From Chloroflexota bacterium (lineage in GTDB: Bacteria; Chloroflexota; UBA11872; UBA12225): a stretch of 38,394 nucleotides of DNA. The position numbers and the translations under genes were made by a program. This document shows, one piece after another, positions 33,665-38,394 of this stretch. The DNA lies in assembly GCA_014191415.1 (NCBI GenBank), contig BJHB01000001.1, positions 1 to 38,394 of the forward strand, given 5' to 3'. How positions within the stretch are numbered: the stretch's first letter is position 1; each line of letters starts with the position of its first letter. The notes below the pieces were generated by a model. It ran no database searches. It saw only the letters and a program-made list of their open reading frames with translations, and was not told the DNA's origin.

Positions 33665-33940
33665 ATGGTCACCAAGCGTGAACACGAACTGGACCACGAC
33701 GCCGCCGATCACCATCGCAAGGCAGCCCACCACTTCACCGTCGCCGCCCACGAACACCTGAAGGCCGCCGAGGCCGATGCGCATGACGATCATGTCGGCG
33801 CCGCCCATCATGCCCATCTTGCGTACGGTCATCAGATCGAAGGCATTCGCCATGCCGAGATCGCAGCCGTCGAGGAAGAGCATGCCGATCCTGAAGACGA
33901 GGATCACGGACACCCCGAGGATCACGTCGCCGATCATTGA
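33665..33940 (+). CDS. small His-rich helical protein (paralog B, 91 aa)
   Basis: ATG 33665 with GGGAG 7 nt upstream (the ORF-track ATG 33659 is too close to the SD). Same length as paralog A. By hand alignment, 15 substitutions in 91 aa. Confidence 0.7.
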   Translation: MVTKREHELDHDAADHHRKAAHHFTVAAHEHLKAAEADAHDDHVGAAHHAHLAYGHQIEGIRHAEIAAVEEEHADPEDEDHGHPEDHVADH

Positions 33941-34013
33941 TCAACCAACGCGGTGACAACCCCGGCCAACTTTCCGGACCCACCGCAATGGAGCACTGCA
34001 ACTCCTTGGGGAT

Positions 34014-35339
34014 ATGCCGGATTGGCCCGACACGGCATATCCCCAAGGGGTGACTCTTTCATACGGTGAAGCAACCATCGGCGGCACTTCTGACATGCCC
34101 TCCCGGTACGCCGTACCATTCCCCTCAATGCCGCCCGCCACACCCCCGCCATCGAACGGCGAACTGCCAGACACCCACCCAGGCGATGACGCCGGTGGTC
34201 AGTTCGAGGAACATCCCCTGACCGGTGAGTGGTCGGCGTCGCCGGCAACATTTCTTGAGGTCCTCGCCGAGGCACCACCAGGTGCGACGATCGAACTCGG
34301 CGCGGGCGTGTACCGCATTCCCGCCACCGTCAATTTCCGTCGGCATGCCTTCCTGATCGGCGCGGGCAGTACACGGACCCGTCTGGAATCCACTGGGCCG
34401 GGCCCGGTCCTCCGCCTCGCTGAGAGTGCCGCCCTAGCCCTGCGTGATCTCACAATCGCGGTGGTCAATGACGCGCCCGGCAATGTCATCGAAGCGACCG
34501 ATGGTGCACTGATCATGGAGCGCGTGCGCGTGACCGGTGCGCGAGGACGCCGGAACACCTCAACCCCAGATACACCTGACGACGCCTCGCCGGAGCCCGG
34601 ATATGGCTTGGTGGTCGGTGGCGCAGTGTGGGCGACGATCACGAGTTGCCAGTTCGACGGCAACGAAGCCGGCGGCATCTGCGTGCGTGATGCGTGCGCC
34701 CCAACCATCGTGGACATCCAGACCGAAGGCGGAACCGCAGGGGTCGTCTTTTCCGGCCAGAGCGCCGGGGCACTGACCCGTTCACGGTGCATTGGTGCCG
34801 CCATCGGGATCCTCGTCCTGGACCGTGCCCGGCCTGTTCTGGACGCGAACACGTGCCGCGCGAACACCCATACTGGCATCGCCTACCGGCTTCTCGCTAC
34901 CGGTCTCGCGCGTGCCAACGACTGTTCGGACAATGGGTCTGCCGGGATCTGGGTCGGTGATGCGGCCACCCCAACACTCGAGAGCAACCAGTGTCGGGGC
35001 AACCGCACGGCGGGCATCGTGTACCGACGGGCATCCGGTGGCATCGCCGTCGGGAACAGTTGCACCGGCGGGGCCATTGCCGGCATCTGGATAGGGGAGG
35101 GCGCGTGTCCCGAACTCGAGTCGAACCGGTGCGAAGCGAATGGCACCGGCCTCTCCTACACCGAATTCGGGGCCGGCAGTGCCCGCGGGAACATCTGCGC
35201 GGCAAACTCCCTCTTCGGCATCAGTGTGTCCGTACTGGCTTCACCGGTCCTGGAAGCGAACGACCTGTCCGGCAATGTCCTTGGCACCATCGTCGACCAC
35301 CGCATGCCTGACTCCGGTGCCCTGATCGTCCCGAACTGA
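34014..35339 (+). CDS. right-handed parallel beta-helix repeat (PbH1/NosD-like) protein
   Basis: The C-terminal ~250 aa show ~22-aa repeats of the form N.C..N...GI.V......P.L..N (e.g. NDCSDNGSAGIWVGDAATPTLESNQCRGNRTAGIVY...). The Pro-rich N-terminus has no obvious signal peptide. Start uncertain. Confidence 0.75.
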   Translation: MPDWPDTAYPQGVTLSYGEATIGGTSDMPSRYAVPFPSMPPATPPPSNGELPDTHPGDDAGGQFEEHPLTGEWSASPATFLEVLAEAPPGATIELGAGVYRIPATVNFRRHAFLIGAGSTRTRLESTGPGPVLRLAESAALALRDLTIAVVNDAPGNVIEATDGALIMERVRVTGARGRRNTSTPDTPDDASPEPGYGLVVGGAVWATITSCQFDGNEAGGICVRDACAPTIVDIQTEGGTAGVVFSGQSAGALTRSRCIGAAIGILVLDRARPVLDANTCRANTHTGIAYRLLATGLARANDCSDNGSAGIWVGDAATPTLESNQCRGNRTAGIVYRRASGGIAVGNSCTGGAIAGIWIGEGACPELESNRCEANGTGLSYTEFGAGSARGNICAANSLFGISVSVLASPVLEANDLSGNVLGTIVDHRMPDSGALIVPN

Positions 35340-35396
35340 CCGGGAACGCGCCACGTACCGCCACACGCTAGAGTAGAGGCGAACCTCCGGGGTTAC

Positions 35397-36989
35397 GTGA
35401 CCGTTTCGTCCATCCCGGAAATGACTGGATCGAGATCGATGACACCACCTGCGACCGCAACGGTGCGACTGGCCTCTGTCCGCCTTCGCCATCCCGTTCG
35501 GAACGAACCGGCGCATGTCTTTACCCATGACGCCTGGCGTGACGCCGCCCGGACCCTCCTGCGTCACCGTCGTGGGGTTGAGATCGTTCACGCAATCCAG
35601 TCAATCGGTCCCACCGCGCAACCGGATGTCGCCGCACACCTGGCACGCGTCGCCACCACGATTCACGGCGAGTCCCGACGTGCCCACGGACTGGCGTGGT
35701 GGTGGACCGGAGTCGGGGTTGTCGCCACACTCCTGGTTGCCTGGTTCGACTCGCTCACGGACCTGCTGACCGCCCTCACGGCAACCGGCGGCGCCGCGTT
35801 CACCGTAACGATCGGTCTGATCCCCGCAATCTTGGCATGGCGTCACGCGTGGGGCCACGCCTCAAGGGCACGTGATGCCGGTGCAGTCGCGCGAGCGATC
35901 GGCAGTGCGCGGGTGCGTCGGTCGCAAGTGCTTGACGAGGGAAACGAGGATGTCGATGCCTTCGGCCGTGAATACCTTCCGTCGTTGACTGAACTCGACA
36001 ATATCGTCTCACGTCTGCCGGAAAGCCCGCTTGAAGCGTGTTCACGAGCCGCGGCTCTCGCCCTCACGATCAGTCGAGGGGCGTCGAGGCACGGATTGGC
36101 ACCTGTTGCTGACGCCTATCACGAGCTGTACGTGATCCTCAGCGTTGCGGACATCCAAGGGGTACGGACCGAACAGTCCGGCGGAATGCTCGCCGACTCT
36201 CGTGTCAGAACCCTCTTGCGTCGGGCCTTCGGGACCATCCAGTCCGCGCTTGCGCCCTTCAGCGTCTCCGGAAGCGTCAGATCATCACTCTTCATGCCAC
36301 TTGCGGGAGCCTCCGCAGCCTCTTTAGCCATCGTGGTGACCACCTTCGTCACCGGCCTGTTTGTCGTGGCACCAGACACCGCAGTGATCATCGAACTGCC
36401 GGAAGCACGCCTCGCGCGGGGCCTCGAGTCCATGGGGCTTGATGCCGCGTTACTCGGCCTTGACAGCCGCGCTCGGACTGTCATCCGCGAACCCGGCATC
36501 CAGAACACCTGGCCACCCCCGTTCGCCGACAGACGCGCTGTTGCCATGGGCGAACAGTTCACCGCTGTACGTGCCATCGTCACGCAAACCGGACCGGACT
36601 CATTCACCGTGATCCAGATCCGGGTGCGGTTCCGGATCACGGACCTGGCCCAATGGGCACGCTACGACACTGGAGGGTCCGGCCCAGTCCGTCTCGGACG
36701 CGCAATCTCCAGCGAACTCCAGGGGCGCCTTGAGGTGCAGAACCGCGATCTGGTCCAACGCGCATCTCGCGACCCCGCGCTCGCTCAAAACCCTCGCGTT
36801 CTGATGCGCGAGGTGGAACAAGTCATGGTGGCACAACTGCCTGCCATCCTGAACCAGTTCAACGTCACGATCGGCTCAAGTGACGCGGCCCGTGAGGCCG
36901 GTGTGCGCGTGGAACCGATCCGGCAGGCAGATATCCGCCTGGATCGCAATGTGACCGCAGGGGCCTCCGGCATCCAGGTATCCCCCTAG
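35397..36989 (+). CDS. hypothetical membrane protein, possible SPFH/band-7-like C-terminal domain
   Basis: 530-aa ORF (GTG start, no clear SD). Three hydrophobic helices (LAWWWTGVGVVATLLVAWF, GGAAFTVTIGLIPAILAW, ASLAIVVTTFVTGLFVVA). The segment after the third helix (AVIIELPEARL...FTVIQIRVRFRITDLAQWARY) is reminiscent of SPFH domains, but the assignment is tentative. Confidence 0.5.
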   Translation: MTVSSIPEMTGSRSMTPPATATVRLASVRLRHPVRNEPAHVFTHDAWRDAARTLLRHRRGVEIVHAIQSIGPTAQPDVAAHLARVATTIHGESRRAHGLAWWWTGVGVVATLLVAWFDSLTDLLTALTATGGAAFTVTIGLIPAILAWRHAWGHASRARDAGAVARAIGSARVRRSQVLDEGNEDVDAFGREYLPSLTELDNIVSRLPESPLEACSRAAALALTISRGASRHGLAPVADAYHELYVILSVADIQGVRTEQSGGMLADSRVRTLLRRAFGTIQSALAPFSVSGSVRSSLFMPLAGASAASLAIVVTTFVTGLFVVAPDTAVIIELPEARLARGLESMGLDAALLGLDSRARTVIREPGIQNTWPPPFADRRAVAMGEQFTAVRAIVTQTGPDSFTVIQIRVRFRITDLAQWARYDTGGSGPVRLGRAISSELQGRLEVQNRDLVQRASRDPALAQNPRVLMREVEQVMVAQLPAILNQFNVTIGSSDAAREAGVRVEPIRQADIRLDRNVTAGASGIQVSP

Positions 36990-37414
36990 CGCCGTGCGCA
37001 TCTGATCTCCCCAGAGACACTTCGTCACCGACCCAACATGCTTTTCGGACCGTCGCACCGGTCACTGGGCTACACTCCAGATGTGCCGTGACGACGCCAC
37101 CCGATGCGTTCGAGAAACCAGACTTGCCCAGCGCCGCCGAACCCACTCTTGATGGCAAGGCCACTGCAACCAGCGCTGATGGGCCGGCTACTGCATTGCC
37201 TGATCAGCATGCGGCCCCAACGGTCACCGGACCTTTGCCGGTCGTCGCGTCACCGGCGCCGGCGTCATCCTCCGGGTCGACTGCCGGGCCCGGCACGTTC
37301 ACAATCCTTCCGCCCGTCATGCCGGTGGCCTCAAGGGGCAACGCCGACCCGCTGTTGACCGTGCGGCAGTTACCCAGATCCGAGACGGCCCGCCTCACAC
37401 CCATCCCCTCGCGA

Positions 37415-38394
37415 ATGCCGTTGCCTTCTGCCGATCACGAAGCAACGATCAACTCCCTCAGCCAGCGGCGAAACGAAACCGCAGGTTCCATTCTGAGGCG
37501 CGCCCGCCTGCTTCGGCGCCTCGCCCTTACCGACGTGGCGGCTGCAACACGAATCCGTTCCGAATACCTTGCGGCCATCGAGGACGAGACGGCCGGCGTC
37601 CTCCCGCCGGGCAGGTACGCAATCAGCCTCCATCGGAGCTACGCGATCTTTCTTGGCGTGCCCCCGGATGACGTGGTCCGTCTCTACACAAGCCAGCAAA
37701 AGCGACGAGACCGCTTTGCATCAATGTTCGGTGCCCGGGTCTCGGTCCAGGTCTCGCGTACTGCCCTCGGGGTGGCACTCTTCCTGATCGGGATCGCCAT
37801 CGCGATCAGTGCCTGGTACTTCGTCATGCGTCCACTCAGTACCGAACCCGATGTGGCGTCGGCGCGCGCGCTGGCACAGGCAACCTTCTTGCCAGGCACA
37901 ACGGCAACAGGAACGCCCGGGCCAGGCACGAGCCCGGTGCCGTCCACCCCGATCATCGCCCGGACCGTCGCTCCATTCACTCCGATCGCTTCCAACACGG
38001 CACCGCCGACGCCGGTACCCGCAACCCCGGCGCCCTCGCCGATCCCTGCAACCGAGACCGCCATCCCGCCGACTGCCGTGCCTCCGACCGCCATCCCCGA
38101 ACCAAGCCCTCGCCCTCCGTCGGGCCCGCGAACCAGATCAATCGTGCTGACCTACACTGATGACAGTTGGACGCGAGTGGTTGTCGACGGAACACTGCAA
38201 TTCCAGGAAACCATCCCCCGCGGCCAGACACGGATCTACGAGGGCACGACCTTTTCCGTGCGGGTTGGACACGGAGGCGCGGTCAGCCTCGTCGCCTTTG
38301 GCGAGGACCGCTGGATCCTGGGTGGAACAGGACAGGTCGTCGACCTCAACCTGGACATCAACGTACCCTGCCGCGTGGGCACGCAGCCCCGTCC
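37415..38394 (+). CDS. rodZ: RodZ-like cytoskeleton protein (HTH, TM helix, Pro/Thr-rich linker, DUF4115-like C-terminus), 3'-truncated by the window edge
   Basis: Hand-translated frame (not in the ORF track because no stop is reached). HTH-like ILRRARLLRRLALTDVAAATRIRSEYLAAIEDETAGVLPPGRYAISLHRSYAIFLGVPPDDVV. TM helix ALGVALFLIGIAIAISAWYFV. Pro/Thr-rich linker. C-terminal IVLTYTDDSWTRVVVDGTLQFQETIPRGQTRIYEGTTFSVRVGHGGAVSLVAFGED. The frame stays open upstream to about 36990, so the start is uncertain (ATG 37415, ATG 37319 or GTG 37088). Confidence 0.7.
   Translation, partial: MPLPSADHEATINSLSQRRNETAGSILRRARLLRRLALTDVAAATRIRSEYLAAIEDETAGVLPPGRYAISLHRSYAIFLGVPPDDVVRLYTSQQKRRDRFASMFGARVSVQVSRTALGVALFLIGIAIAISAWYFVMRPLSTEPDVASARALAQATFLPGTTATGTPGPGTSPVPSTPIIARTVAPFTPIASNTAPPTPVPATPAPSPIPATETAIPPTAVPPTAIPEPSPRPPSGPRTRSIVLTYTDDSWTRVVVDGTLQFQETIPRGQTRIYEGTTFSVRVGHGGAVSLVAFGEDRWILGGTGQVVDLNLDINVPCRVGTQPR

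Noticed and set aside
1-38394. Mobile elements, prophage or defence genes, tRNA/rRNA genes
   Set aside because: I recognised no transposase, integrase or recombinase-like ORF, no terminal inverted repeats flanking a block, no T-loop (GTTCGAATC-like) tRNA signature in the intergenic regions, and no rRNA-like conserved segments. This was checked by eye only and a tRNAscan/Infernal run would be definitive.

Overview
High-GC window dominated by a minus-strand flagellar gene cluster of the kind seen in single-membrane bacteria (Firmicutes, Actinobacteria, Chloroflexi-like). In transcription order, 22.5 kb down to 3.3 kb: flgC, fliE, fliF, fliG, fliH, fliI, fliJ, an SLT lytic transglycosylase, flgB, a ~930-nt non-coding spacer, fliK, flgD, a TIGR02530-like flagellar operon protein and flgE, followed by a terminator. 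Then comes a distal module: sortase, a second FliK-like protein, a free-standing FlhB C-terminal-domain protein and a YVTN beta-propeller protein with a sortase sorting signal, ending in a strong terminator. Upstream of flgC lie a coiled-coil protein with perfect 24-bp tandem repeats and a receiver-like/TM/CarboxypepD_reg protein. To the right are ctaA (heme A synthase) and a candidate flagellin glycosylation island (rmlD plus two tandem GT2-TPR glycosyltransferases) divergent from a flagellin gene. Further right are two paralogous 91-aa His-rich proteins, a parallel beta-helix protein, a membrane protein and a 3'-truncated RodZ-like gene. The left edge carries a 2-hydroxyacid dehydrogenase, a VOC/glyoxalase protein and poorly supported ORFs. 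Several ORF-track starts were shortened to internal starts that have Shine-Dalgarno (SD) sequences. I saw no rRNA, tRNA, CRISPR array, transposase or integrase by eye. The most interesting signal is the flgB-fliK spacer. Its operon-sense strand carries seven GGAUG motifs, six of them as CA(A/U)GGAUG displayed in loops of short hairpins. That is the architecture of CsrA/RsmA-binding sponge RNAs. The flagellin leader has a matching two-site GGA layout.
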